This document shows positions 25,901 to 38,938 of a DNA stretch of 64,000 nucleotides, one piece after another. Every line of letters begins with the position of its first letter. The first letter of the stretch is position 1. Source of the DNA: Octopus sinensis (taxonomy: Eukaryota); contig NW_021835998.1 in assembly GCF_006345805.1 (NCBI RefSeq), positions 62,001-126,000 on the forward strand, written 5' to 3'. A model generated the notes under the pieces. That model saw only the letters and a program-made list of their open reading frames with translations. It searched no databases and was not told the DNA's origin. The position numbers and the translations under genes are program-made.

Positions 25901-26812
25901 CTCTAGTCCTTTTATTAATTGATAATAAACTAATGGATCAATTAGCAAAACACACAATGCGGTCATTCAAACTGAAAAGTGGCTGAAACATTTGAAAGAA
26001 ATCTCAGAGATCAAATTAAAGACATTTGACTGTTTGCTGGTTATCCCCTTTCAGGCAATTACAAAAAATATAAAAATCAAAACAGATATTGAAAGCAATT
26101 GATTGGAATAAAACATTGACAAAAGATTTTTTCGAAACAAATCTTAAAAACATAATATGAACTCACAATTCGAACAATGTTATGGAAACAACAAAGACTT
26201 ATCACGTACTGTCACAGAAATGTTTTCGCAAAATGACGACAAAATTCTCTTAGAAAACAATGCTTGCTCTATAACTAAGGTCTCGATGAAGTCTTAAACA
26301 AATTGCTGACCTTGCCCACAATCTAGTTAATGTGATACAAACGAATCATTGTGATATCTTGAAAATTTCATATTTTAGGTTTTAAGGAAGTGCATAAAAT
26401 AAAAATATTGAAAGAACCATCAGAGAAAACATGAATAACTTTATTTGAGAATGTAGTATGACGTGAACTTTTCTTATATGCGATTAAAACCTGTAAATTA
26501 AAAAGATGAAAGCCACTTAAGATGTTTGGATCCGACGGAAGGCGATATGGACAACTAGGCTTATTGAAAAAACTTTGTCCACTTCAAAAACGTGTAATTT
26601 AACAAAAACAACATCAACTTTCGCCATCACCTGATCGAAACCTAATCGAAAACGTTTAGAAGAAAGTTTTATAAAATTAGAAAAAATAAATGGATAAACT
26701 TAGTGTAATAATTGATCAAATAATTATCTCTCTGAACAAAATGATTATTTCTAAATTAATGTATATTATAATTGGAAAAAAAATAAAAAGGAATAAAAGA
26801 TAGCGGTGTGTT

Positions 26813-28953
26813 ATGGTGGAGGAGTTCAAAGCTTCGTTGCGAGACCTGACGGGGAACAGCAAGCCAATGATCCGATTCCTGACATGTCTGGCGGAAGACT
26901 ACATAGAGGAAGCCCCAGAAATAGTGAAGGCGATAGAAGAAAGAATATCGTTGGTGTCAACGCGTGAGAAACTGTCCTTGTTGTACTTGATGGACTCGGT
27001 TATAAAGAGCACTGAGAATGGGACATATGCTAGTCTGTTCGCAGGGAATGTAGTGTGGACATTCCAAGCAGTGTTTAATGGGGTAAGGAGGGGAGTGATT
27101 TGTAGGCGGACGAAAGATTAAAGCAGGATTTGTTCAAACTACGCAAGACGTGGATTGACGTGTTCCCCGAGGACGTGCTGTGGCGATTGGACGAGGAATT
27201 GAACAGGCAAGACGGAGCGTGGCCAGTGAACCGACCTGTGGAGGACAGACTACGGAAAATGGAGGCGGAACTGGCGGCGGCGAACAAATTGATAGCGAAA
27301 CTGCAGGGAGAACTGGGGAAAGTGAGGCCATTCTTATTGCCGAATCCGGGTAAACTGCCGGAGGAGGTGGAGAATGACCCTCGCTATGGTCAGTTGTATC
27401 AGAGTGAGGGAGATGAAGAATTGGTGATCAATGAAGTGTCCTTCCCACTCACAATCGGGTCCTCAAGGGTGGTAGACGTGGGGTCCATCCGCCGAGTTCA
27501 TGTGGAGTGTGATCGGGCCGGGAGAGTGCTCGTCGATGGACGCACAGTCTACAATATTGGCGAGCCTATTCGAGACGTCCAAATCCGCTCCACTCGCTGC
27601 AAAGTTTTTTTCCATGGAGCATTCCGTCCTCTGTGGATTGACTCCTCCCTCGTGGAGGCCAGGGCAGACGCACCTCCCATGCAGTATGGCAGATGGGAGA
27701 TCAGAGTGGACAGTCCCACAAATAATGTAATCATCGACGGACAAGTCGTCGCTCAGTACGGTGGTTCCCCTGTCACCCTTCCTGATGGACACCAACTCAG
27801 ATTCCGTCCACCTCCCAAAATGGTCATCATCGACGGCCGACACCACACTGTCGTATTCGATGAGCTTATTCCCTTCGTCTATGTCGCTCACCAGGCTAGA
27901 GCTGTCTCCTTCTTCCCCGGGTTCCGTGATCTCACAATTGACCACACCACCTACACTCTCGACTTGACTAAGCCCACACAACTCGACATTGATGGGGTCA
28001 CCAGGACTGTCTCTTTCGGTGGGCCTTGTCACGAGTTGATCATTGGCCACATGTTCTATGAAATTGGTTTTGGCGACCCTCCTAGAGTTGTCCATTTGTT
28101 CGGACTCCCTCACTCCATTGCCTTGTCTGGTCTCTTCTTTCTTGTATTCCAGGCCCTGTCCCACAGATCAAACTTCTCGCTGAGATCCCCGCCTTCACCT
28201 ACCAATTCAAGGCCGGGAAGTACACACAATCACAACCCACCACTCTAGTTGATCTATTCTCCATATTGTAGGCTGACAATGAAGGGGCACCCATCAATCG
28301 ACACATTCCGGTTTGTTTTTCCAATCAAATGTAGGGGCAACAGACAGCAAATGAGAGAAAGGTATTTTAAAGTGTTAATGACTTGTATTTTGATGAATAA
28401 ATCTTTTGTTGTTTGATATGTGTGATAGGGGGACAGTCCGGTCGATCTCACTCTGGAGAGTCTATCGAGGTACTTCCACTTTGTATTGTCCTAGACCCCC
28501 TGATGCATTTGTGAGGACTCTCTACGACGGTGTGGCCTGTGGGTCATGTGCATTTCGCTTCAGGGACGGGCAGGCCGAGTTGTACAAGAGACACCTGGAC
28601 AGACACTTTCGAGCTAACCAACTGGTGGAGAAGAGGAGTGCAGTGACCACATGTCGGGACCTATACAAGAAGCACGCTGTAGTGGTGTGGTGATTATTGG
28701 TAGGACTGGATTTGGGGTGTGGAGACCAGAAGTAGTAGTCCTGAGGCCGCAGTTGTTAGTGGATGTGAGGACGTACAGATTGGGTGTACAAGTCGATGTT
28801 GTGTGTGCAATGAGGGGTTGGAGGCACTATGGTGTGAGGAGGACGAGGGCTGGGTCCTCAAAGATGCCATCCGCGTGGGTGAATTGGTAGTTATCTTTTT
28901 TCGGATGTTCTTAGAACTACCACCGAAAGTGTTACGATGGATATGTTATATGA
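26813..28953 (+). CDS. PCF11: Pre-mRNA cleavage complex II subunit Pcf11 (CID, central repeats, two C-terminal zinc fingers), about 9 exons
   Basis: CID (LTGNSKPMI..L..LYLMDSVIK..LFKLRKTW..WP), LYDGVACGSCAFRF..HLDRHF and CCVC..LW.EEDEGWVLKDAIRV..YHRKCY; introns mostly 22-28 nt. Confidence 0.9.
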
Positions 28954-31289
28954 TTGTTTTTTTGAACTGTTACACTTTTAGACAATACTGATTAAATCTT
29001 GGCTATAGTAGTGTAGATGAGTTACCACGTGAATAAATAACTAGAATAGTGTGTTGATCCAAATCTATATACAAATCTTTATTGCAGATTTGAGTATCAA
29101 AAAAAGTTGAAAAAATTATAGTACATCCAGCTCCTATTTTTCAGTCTCTTACCGTCGGTAACTGTACTTCATAATGAAAATTTCTCTTTGGAATATGATA
29201 AGGGGAAGGTAGGAAATTCCCTTTCTACAACTGTCCACAACTCCCGGGAGTACGTTTGATTTACGCCTCTTTATCACATTAAAAAATCTAAATATGTTTT
29301 ATGGCAGCGTTCAGGAATCTCTAGTTATATTCGCCATATCTAGAATATTAATTTCATTCCTATTAATAATCAACATTACCTCTATGATTCCCGTATTGGA
29401 AACATCTCCAGAAACTCCGCCAACAGATTTCTTCTAAATAATTCGATTTTCACTAATCCATCAAATTCTACAAAATTAAATAAACATAAATACTTTCGAA
29501 CTACATGTTGTTTTGATCATAGCACGTTTCTCTGAAGTCAGCAGCCAAAATTACCTTTTCTAGGAATCAGGCACAAACTATAATTATTCAGAATTTCTGT
29601 TAATTGAAAGTTATAAACAAACCTCCATTACTCACCATTTTAAAACGAATTGTTTTCTTTTTTAAATAGAATATTAGCTATTTTTTGATCTGTGTCTAAA
29701 ATTTGTATTTGATGCACTCGTGGAAGAGGCCCATTTTGTTAAAGGTTGGTTAATTTTATTGAATTTAAATAAAAATCCTTTTAATTTGCTCATGTATAAA
29801 TGGGACTTGTAGTCCGGTAACGTGGTCAATTTCGTATTCCTCACAAAGTTGTTTTTATTTCAGAATTTATAAACATTCTGTCATAATCAGTAGGAGAATA
29901 AGACCCCCCTGTTAACAAAAAATGTGTCATCTACGATTACAAGACTCATTAGCTGATTTGGTAAGCAAATTGTAAATTTTAAAATAGAAACTATTAATTC
30001 GATTGTTAAGTACCCAGGAATAACTGTCATTTTGTGTCGAATATCGTTTTAAATTAATAAGATCTACAATAGTGGAGGAGGCAAAAATATTTGTTATTAA
30101 TGATCTATAGTTACAAGCGTTCGTTTTGACTAGAATTAATAAAATTAGTAATTTACCTGACAATAAACACACAGAAGAACGCTTAGAGTGTCGATAAACT
30201 ATACCAGGGATGGCAAAGATTTTCAGCCGATGTACCAAAAATAAAAAATTTACAATTTTAGGTGTGGCCAGCAAAATTATTATTTAAAAAGCAGATTAAA
30301 AATTTAAAAAGGCGACTAAAACGGATTGCATTTAAAGAATCATTTACTAAAATAATTATTTTTCTTCTTCAAAAAAACCATTTATTTAGGTGAAAAGTGT
30401 AACCATTAATTTAATTAGATATTATTTAAGATAGGTTCGTAACTTGATGTTTTAACTATTAAACATGCAGAACTAGATTCTTCATTTAATCAATTTCTCA
30501 AGCTTCCTTTGACAAAATTTATTTCTGAAAATCGAGATTCGCAGGGATACGTCGATTAAAAAATTGTTATTATCGCGATCTCTAATTTTTTTAAACAGCA
30601 AAACATACCGTGCCGTCAGTATTTCTTCTTGTGAGGTCTTTTAGATAATTGATCATTTTCAATTATTTCCAAAGTATTTCTCAAATCAACAAATTTTTGT
30701 TTCCAAATAGAACTGTAATGTAGATTTATTATCTGCATTTCCAGATCTTCAAAATTTATAGAATCTTAAAATTAAGTTTATCGAATGTAATTAAATCTGG
30801 ATATATTATAAATTTTGATGTTTGGGAAAATAGTTTTAATTCAAAAAATCTCAAAGAAAATTCATGAATTACTGACTAAATTAACGATGAAAATTTTAGA
30901 ATTTGTTTAGGTAGATCTATTTTTTTTCATGGACAAGTAAATCTAATTTCAGGAATTTTTTTGCATTTTAAAATTGTTGGAAACTACATCAAGGTTAAAA
31001 ACAACCAATTTGGCCTCAAATGCCTAAATTGAATCAATCGTGTAATATAATAATTTATTACCACCTTGCAAATTCAAGTTCAATTCATTTAAATGGCACG
31101 TAAAATCTGCCAGAAATGTTAGTTTAAGGATCCATCCAGGGTCCATTAATTATGGATACTTATCAATTACCGTTTTACTCTGTAAAAATATTTGCACTTC
31201 ATCAAAACACTGGAAAAATCGTTCAAAAACTTTTCCACGGCTCAACTATCTTACGTTGTTATACACAATTAATCCTTTTAGCAGATTAT

Positions 31290-32030
31290 AAATATTTATA
31301 AAAACCCATATGTATCGAATTTACTTCATTTAATAATGTCTGAAATTTTCTTTTATTTAAGGACCGAGCAGATATGAAGTTAATTATTTTTGTGGCAACG
31401 ATTGTAATGTGTTCGAATGGCTCGAATCCAGATTTTGCACATAAAACCTGAAGGCTGTAAAAAAACGAATAACCTGTTGATGAATGATGCAAAAAAGACC
31501 AAGAACTGGATGCTGTGTAAGTAAGCTGACAAAGCCATTATTCTTTCCAATCATAATGGGTGCAACATCCGTGGTTATTGATACTATTTTTACAACTGTG
31601 TTAAAAATATCGACTTCTTTATTAGTTGTTGCTAATGCTGGCAAACACGATAATTCTTCAATAATAATATTCACGACTCAATATCTGACAAAAATTGCTA
31701 GGCGCGACAATACAGCTATGTCAGTACTTTGGTCAACACAAAGGGAAATGAATTACAAGACTTAATATCTTTACTTTGTCGATGAGAGATATTTTCACTC
31801 ATCACCAAAATTCTTTCCTTTACCGTGTTTCGTGAGAGGGGAATTATCCACGCTTCTTTTATATATTCACCATCCGAAAAAGGCTTCCCATGCTTCGCAA
31901 TAACGTAGCTAGCACTGATTGAATCAGATTGACTGTTAACGAGTGTTCTGAGTGATTCTGATTATTGAGAGTTCTTTTTTAACTGAGATGCAATTGTTTC
32001 TCTTTGTTCATCCTTAGTTTTCTCAGATAA
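31290..32030 (-). mobile_element. hAT transposase fragments (GTF2IRD2-like)
   Basis: KHGKPFSDGEYIKE, PLSRNTV, SITTDVAP.M.G, CIIHQQ, IINFISARSLNKR. Confidence 0.8.
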
Positions 32031-32039
32031 TGATTTGCG

Positions 32040-33100
32040 AATAGTTCGAAAATGGCGTTTTATAGAAGATGTTCGGCAAGCAATTTGGCCGGAGCACAAC
32101 ACACATAAAGCTTTGTCTCCTAAAAATAAAATATTAACCTCTGTTCAGCAAATCGGACGCAGTGTGTGCTGCCCGTATTGTAGTCTTACATACAACGGGA
32201 GACTGTCCACCCGGTCACCATGAGTTTTTTCCTCAAAATATTGGAGAATTGCCTCTCCTCGTGTGCCTCCAAGGTGCTATGTGATGTGCATTTCCCAGTT
32301 CATGAATCTTGTACAAAGTCGGGGGAACCCGATTCGCATATTGACAAGGAACGTGCAGATTTTGGCAGTTTCGGAGTTTATTTCTAACATTTACAGTGGG
32401 AACTGCCCAATGATCGAGGTGTATTTGTAATAGACTGTTCGATGGGGGTAATTCTGCCATTGAGGATAATCCTGATTCTCTCACAATTGCCACCATCTCC
32501 CGCCTGTCTTCAATATGTCACCAGCCATTTCTTATGGCTGTCAGTAGAGAACATGTGGTGAAGGAAATATAGGTTGGTGGTCGACTTATGGTAGGATTTG
32601 TTCTTCCTGTTCTCCACCATTCACTCCTCCATTGCTGTGTGCACAGACTACTCGGACATGTTCTCCTATTCAACTCGATCGAAATAAGGATGCTGGCCAA
32701 ACAGGCCATTCTCGACTACCGACTTGTCCACAAACTCATTGATGTGTGCGAAGAGGAAATGGGGTCATTCTACTCCAATAGAAGACGCGAAATGATTTCT
32801 CAGGCGGGTGATATGGTCATGCTAATCAACGACTTGGGCAGACATGACCCCCATGTTCACCCTCCCACACTATTCTAGTAGACTTGATGGCCGTTCTGAG
32901 AGACAGGTGAACTACTTTCTGCCAACAATACTTACAAAAGTATGGCAATGACAGCAAATGCAAGGTGATCCACTCTTTGCACATTAGATGAACAACTCAG
33001 TCGACAGTGAGGAGATATACGACCTGTCCGACGTGGATGAATTGGTCATCTCCCTCCCTCACCTCACCAGGCCTACCACGAATTCCTCAAACAGTCCTGC
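32040..33100 (+). pseudogene. Decayed SAPS-domain (PP6 regulatory subunit-like) gene fragment with short introns
   Basis: GVILPL, DLFFLF-HHSLLHCCV, RLVHKLID and R*TTFC resemble SAPS motifs; stops at 32570-32572 and 32908-32910; frameshift near 32613; introns 32573-32594 and 32965-32987. Confidence 0.55.
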
Positions 33101-33369
33101 CGACTTCCCGATCTGCCCACGTTGAGTATTCCAGTCATGACATGTCCGGACATGATGCCCCATCTCCATTTCACGTTTGAATTGAACGGTATGGCCAAGT
33201 TGTCCTGCTTCAAAGCGATTGTCTTCTTTTTAATCTTTTATCAGATGTGAAAAGGAACATAACGAACTTCGCACCGTTAACAACGAGCCTTTTATCGATT
33301 AGCCAAAGAGGCAGGCTTTCAGAGGTCTTCTAGATCTCCCGATCCCGTGAGGCCAATACAATGTCATCC

Positions 33370-33780
33370 GTATAAGATAGGACAAAATCATTATTGTCGT
33401 CAGGGAATTAATCTATCGATTTCTGGATCCCTTGACGAAAGACACGCTCGAATATCATGAACAACATTCAGCCTCGCACGATGAACTGATTTTAAACTAA
33501 ACAACAATGAAAATCCTTGTTCGCAGAGATATGTAGTCGGAAACAAAAGCAAAAAATCGATTATATAAAATCCAATGTTGTGATATTTTGATATCATTTT
33601 GCACCAAAATTCAATTAATGGTGCAGATTCAAATAAGATTTTTGACTCGTGAGAATTTATTAATTCAATTTAAAATTTTCTATTTCATTTAATTTTAGAT
33701 GGCACATGTTATCATTCAACTTATTAAACATAGTAAAATTGGAATTTGGGTTAAAATTAGAATTTGTTGTATTAATCTTA
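33370..33780 (-). mobile_element. hAT (Buster-like) C-terminal fragment
   Basis: Encodes EFWC..YHNI..LLLFPTTYLCEQGFS..R.RLNV.HDIR. Confidence 0.8.
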
Positions 33781-34022
33781 GGAGGTTGGTGATTTAAAGC
33801 TTGGGCAAATGATTAAAGACAAGCAGTCAATTTTTACATCGACACGCCTTTTATGATTAAAAATAAGATTTTTGGATCTATAAGAATTGCATTTCGAGTA
33901 TATAAATCTTATTTTTGAAGTAGTTTGTCGTGATGAATTAAAAGATATTTTATCGGACAACTTTTCCATTATTCATTTTATAAATTAAATTGGATGGATA
34001 CAGATATCCGAAGGTTTTAGAA

Positions 34023-35006
34023 CAGGGGTGCGCAAGTGCGGCCGTGAGTCGATGAATGTGCGGCCGTGGGCACAATTAGGTCATCGAATATATCTTTGCA
34101 AGGTAAAGACCAAACAATTTGTCGAATGTATAAAAAAAATTAACGATTTTATGGATACATGCCGCCTACTGAAGATTCACATAGAAAAAAATGAATTATT
34201 TCATTTTCAAAAAGTCAAAAATCTCATTGATGACAAAATAATTAATTATGACGATCTTACACCAAATACGTTTAATACTATATTCGATTATATTTTGAAA
34301 CAATTTAAAGAGCGATTTAACGAATTTAAAAAAATTGAACTCAAACTTTAATTAACTGCAGCACCACATACTGTTTCGATTGAGAATGCGCCATTGGAAT
34401 TTCAAATTGAATTATTGAAATTAAAAAATGATTTAATTTTGATAAATAAATTTAATGAAAGCGAAGATTTGTTGAATGTATGGAAATCAGCGACAGATTA
34501 TCCAAATTTACGTGAAATGGCAAGAAATATTCTCGTTTTATTCGGAAGCACATATTAATGTGAGTCTACATTTTCCAAAATGAAATATTTAAAAAGTCAA
34601 TATAGATCTCGGATAACGGATGCAAACTTAGAGTCATGTTTGCGCATAATGATATCTACCCTACCAGTGGATTTCAATAAGCTCGCAAAAAATACCAAAG
34701 ATCCTGGCTGTCATTAGAATAACTTGTATAATACATTTCTTTTAATTAATTTTCCTTCTTTCTTATCTTTTGTCCATGAAATAATTATTTATTTAAATAA
34801 TATGATGTCCCTGATGAACGAGAGCATTTCCTGTCCAAGAACTCATTCGGTCTCGATGACAATGGGCAACTTATGCGGTCACTTTAATAATTAAAAAAAA
34901 TTACTATATTAATATCGAAAAAATAATGCAGAAAATGTGCGGCCGTGGAAGAGAAGGAAAAAAAAATGCTATGCGGCCGCAAACCCAAAAAGCTTGCGCA
35001 TCCCTG
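34023..35006 (+). mobile_element. Non-autonomous hAT element
   Basis: TIRs CAGGG(G/A)TGCGCAAG; 8-bp TSD TTTTAGAA; C-terminal transposase remnant FGSTY*CESTFSKMKYLKS. Confidence 0.92.
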
Positions 35007-35629
35007 TTTTAGAAGATAAAAATAGCAACGTTCTAAAAATAAAATTACAGAAAAAATCTATGAAGTTAGTTAGTAAGTAGCCCCAAACTCCCTGACATGC
35101 AGGAAGCCGTCGGTCATTAAGTAACGCATAGCGTGGGCCGATCGCTCCCAGAGATCCACTAGCTCTGCGTGTGTAGCGATATTAGCCGGTGGTCCAGGAC
35201 AGAAAAACAAATAGTGGACGGAAATCGGATTAGAGCTACACACGTGGCAGGGTTTTCTTTCTAGTTTTTTCCTTATTTAATTGTGTCCAAGGCAGTAGTG
35301 ATGTCCACAGTGAAATCTTGCGAGAATCACACGTTCTTTTCTTGGCGATAGTAATTGCGATTCATCAATTTTGGAGTATTTTGTTCCGTGATAGTCTGCG
35401 GATGGCCCTCGTGTCTTAAAGAGAGAGTGGTCGGGGAAAGCCGAGTGAACTCCGACTAGGAACCATTGAGAGATAAACCGATTTGGACAAAACCCGAAAT
35501 AATATCAACAAAATCGTTCCTTATGGATTCAAGCCCACCATTTAAGGTGATATCACCAAGATACCAGAAATTAGAGCGGAATTGACAGTCTTTGGGCAAT
35601 ATGGTCCACTGCGAGGGCAAATAGGAAAG

Positions 35630-37760
35630 GACCCTAATGGATCCCCTTCCTGAACCCCAGACGATGAGATTAGCAAATTTTTCCCAAATAAAAAATTCAA
35701 GGGACACGTGTATGATAGTACGCCAGGCAGCGGGCGTAAACGACTTTCAGGATGTGGTCCCTGCGAACACTATTAAGGCGTTGCGCACATCCAACTTGAC
35801 AAGAAACGGGATTTTCGAGTTGGCTTTAGTGACCAGTCCCCTCACTCCGTGGGCAGATGCCTCACAGGCAGTGTTCCCTCTAAGCTAGGAGAAGAGTTTT
35901 TAAAATTTTTGACGTTCCAAGATTTTGAATGTCAGGTGAAAACGTAAACGATCTGACAAATCTCTCATCTTTCTTTTTGAAAAAGAGAAGGCTTGGGAAA
36001 ACTGTACTTTTCCTACAAAAACAGGACTTTCATTGCAACGCCGTACTGTAAACAAAGCGATGATTTTTACAAAAAATCGACTACAAAGTCTTTGAGTGAC
36101 TTGGTTGAAAAAGAATGCTATCTTCGGAATATAAGCTGATGCACGTGGGAGCAGTTTGCACCTTGCTGCGCAGCGAAATTTTTTTCTGCGCAGTAAAAAG
36201 TATAATATTAAAAATTGCTATTTTTTTTAATTTTTTATATGAATTTATATATTCTTATTTTCATTTCAAAACGAAAACGTGTCTATAATATTGATATGAG
36301 ACTTAAGAAAAATTTTGGCTGAATTAGCAGATTTGTGCACAGTTTTCCAAAGAAGCTGTATATCGACCATAGAAGCTGTACAGTTTGCCAGAGCAAAAAT
36401 TTCGAAGCTGAAATCTCAATATTTGGATGGAAATGAAATTTACTGGAGTGACAGTGTGAAGATGTTGTTATCAACAACTGGTTATGGAGATACAAATACA
36501 GATGAAATCCTATGCTTTATCGAGCATGTTTATCTGCATTTACAAGAAAGATTTCCAGCTGACGAATTAAGAGAATGGGTAGCATTTGACACTCAAGCAA
36601 TTCAAAATCAGACAAACTTTGAATTTGGAAAGAGGAGATAATTAAATTAGCGAAAAAATATGAAAATTTACTCTCTTCAGAAGTCCCACTCATAAAACTG
36701 CAGTCGGAATATACAGATCTCAAGTTTATTTTAAAAGAAAAACTGCACTCTGGTGCTTTGAAAACATTTGAAGATGTAATTTACTATATACTAGCGGAGA
36801 AAAAATTTTCAGCCACTGCAACATTTGTGGATATTTGTGGCACATTTCAAGCGTCGAGTGCTGATGCTGAACGTGGATTTAGTTTGATGAACTGTATCAA
36901 GACTAAACTACGTAATAGACTTGAGATTGACCATTTGGAGATGATCATGCGAATCAAGTTCTATTTAACAAGTGGGAATACAGTGGATCTTGATCGAGTA
37001 TACAAATTTTGGATACAAAATAAAAACAGAAGAGAATATCCAATTGACTAGACCTATTTTTTTAACCATTGGTTTTTTAATTGTAAAATTTCCCCCCCCC
37101 AAAAATTTTTTGCACACGTCACTTTATAACGCTGCACAATGCAATGTGCCCAGCGCGCATAGCTACCACTCGCTTAGAGGGAACACTGCTCACAGGAGCC
37201 TCGGATACCAACGCCGAACTGACGTGGCAGCAACTGAGAGCTCAGATCAGAGAGAACATCGCTATGAATGATTTTCGCAACGAATCTCCTAAATGTGTTA
37301 CCCACAGCGATGACGCTGATTCCCTCGGCTTTTATTTAGAGCTGTTAAGCTTGCCGAGAACAGCAAATCGCGTACAAAAAGATTAGATGTTACCAAAAAT
37401 AATTTTGCAGCACAAGGATGCGATTGATTTCAGGAAACGTCCACCAGATTCCCCTGCCAGGGGAGCGACAAGGTCCTTTAGGTGTATCGATTTTAGGCCA
37501 TCCGCCACTGCTACTTAACGGAAATGAAGCTAGAGAAACTTGCACGTCATTAGAAACAGTGCAAGCAGATTTGATCACCCGAGGGGGTTCTCAAATGTCA
37601 GCTGGAGCGGAAGGATATTTCAACAGAAGAGAATTAAAACAGAATCTTTACGAGGGGCAACTGATGCCGTATATAAGATTAAGCGAACAGCAGTCGAGAC
37701 ATAACCCTGCATCAGTTTGCTCTTAACTGACCGAGCTAGATGTACCGCGATCTGACGTAA
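35630..37760 (+). mobile_element. 5' region of a CRE-like element, interrupted by a hAT insertion
   Basis: GC-richer coding-like sequence on both sides of the hAT TSD; weak similarity to the N-terminal region of the 2150 copy. Confidence 0.4.
35869..37188 (+). mobile_element. Non-autonomous hAT element (ZNF862-like transposase remnant)
   Basis: 17-bp TIR CAGTGTTCCCTCTAAGC; 8-bp TSD CTCACAGG; remnant ASSADAERGFSLMNCIKTKLRNRL. Confidence 0.92.
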
Positions 37761-38118
37761 CCAATGGTAAGTCGAAGGTTGCCTTTAGGAAAATGCTAAT
37801 CTGCTGAGCCACAGATATCCGATTTACTGCCGCCGTTTTCCCGGGGCCGCACCAAAACAGATAAAAGGAAACGAGAATAATTTGCACAAGGCTTCTGACC
37901 TGATTGATTAGGTTTCAATTTTCGATGTGGGTCACCTTCATGTGGCGAAAGTCGGACGCTGTGTTTCTCACTGCGACTAAAAGACCCTCTATATGCTCCC
38001 CATTGGATCCCTTTGATCTTCTGGCTGTCCTGGAAGTGGCGCTCAGCTTCTTCCATGAGTCACTTATTTTCATTTCATTGTATCAATCTATTCTATCCCT
38101 TTCTCACTTATTCATTCC

Positions 38119-38500
38119 CATGTCTTGCTGTCTATCATGTAGCCATGTCAACGCCCGGAAACCTGACCGTCTTTGCGTTTCTTGTAATAAGTATTTTCAC
38201 CTCTCCTGCGTCAAATTTACAAAGCGTGATTCAGCATCAATATTTGCATGGAAGTGTCCTATATGTCTCCCGCACTGTGCGATAGTCAAACCTCCCGCAC
38301 GCTTTATTCTCATTCAACCTGAAAAATTTTTGTCGCTCTCTCGGAATTTCGGAGTGTTCGCGTGATCCCTGCCAGGATCCCAAAACAGCAAGAATTTGCG
38401 TTGCTGATTACCGGCGACCCGTGTGAGCACCGGTATTTAATCGAAAGAATATCTATAGCAATAGTCAGAGGCAATACTCTGGCTATCTGCCAATGACTAT
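38119..38500 (+). mobile_element. Mini CRE-like derivative: PHD finger joined to the 3' end
   Basis: MSCCLSC..LCVSCNKYFHLSCV..AWKCPIC, then RIPK, then TGDPCEHRYLIERISIAIVRGN and an A-tail. Confidence 0.65.
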
Positions 38501-38938
38501 TTCTCTTTTGGTTTACATAAATAAAATGACATAAACAAAAAAAAAGCTTAAATAATGTTTTTGTTATGTCGCAAGTGGAATGTATTACATTTATCGGTAG
38601 AATTTGCTTCATGGAGATCTAAGAGTAGACAACGTTCTGATCAACAATGAATTAATATGTAAATTCCCAATTTTGGATTAGATATCAAAGCAAATTTCAA
38701 CGTCCCTGAAGGAAAGATTCGATTTGCTAAAATTTTTCAAATTCAAATCATTTTTAAAATTTTGTCCATCATATTGATATGTGTACTTTCCAAACAGTAA
38801 AGGGAAACGAAACCTAACAACTCTTTAAATTTGTCCTGGATGGCTTCAATGAGAGGAAACCGCCAAAACAAACAGTCATAGCTTCCATTGACATATTTTT
38901 AAAGGCTTTGAATTTCACTTCGAAAGTTAGAAATTAAT

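Noticed and set aside
27463-28164. 233-aa antisense ORF over PCF11, and similar antisense ORFs over the R4 element
   Set aside because: These are shadows of GC-richer sense coding sequence and carry no motifs.
29100-30300. Intron-containing gene on the minus strand
   Set aside because: Several mini-intron-like segments exist, but I could not build a continuous frame or recognise a motif.
30440-31150. Leucine-rich-repeat gene remnant (ELDSSFNQFLKLP-like)
   Set aside because: Only isolated LRR-like peptides among many stops in very AT-rich DNA; not supportable.
31290-33780. Pack-hAT capture of the SAPS fragment
   Set aside because: The flanking hAT pieces come from different subfamilies, are not colinear, and have no enclosing TIR/TSD pair.
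34811-34860. Hammerhead ribozyme (CTGATGA core)
   Set aside because: No GAAA after a plausible stem II, and no stems I/III.
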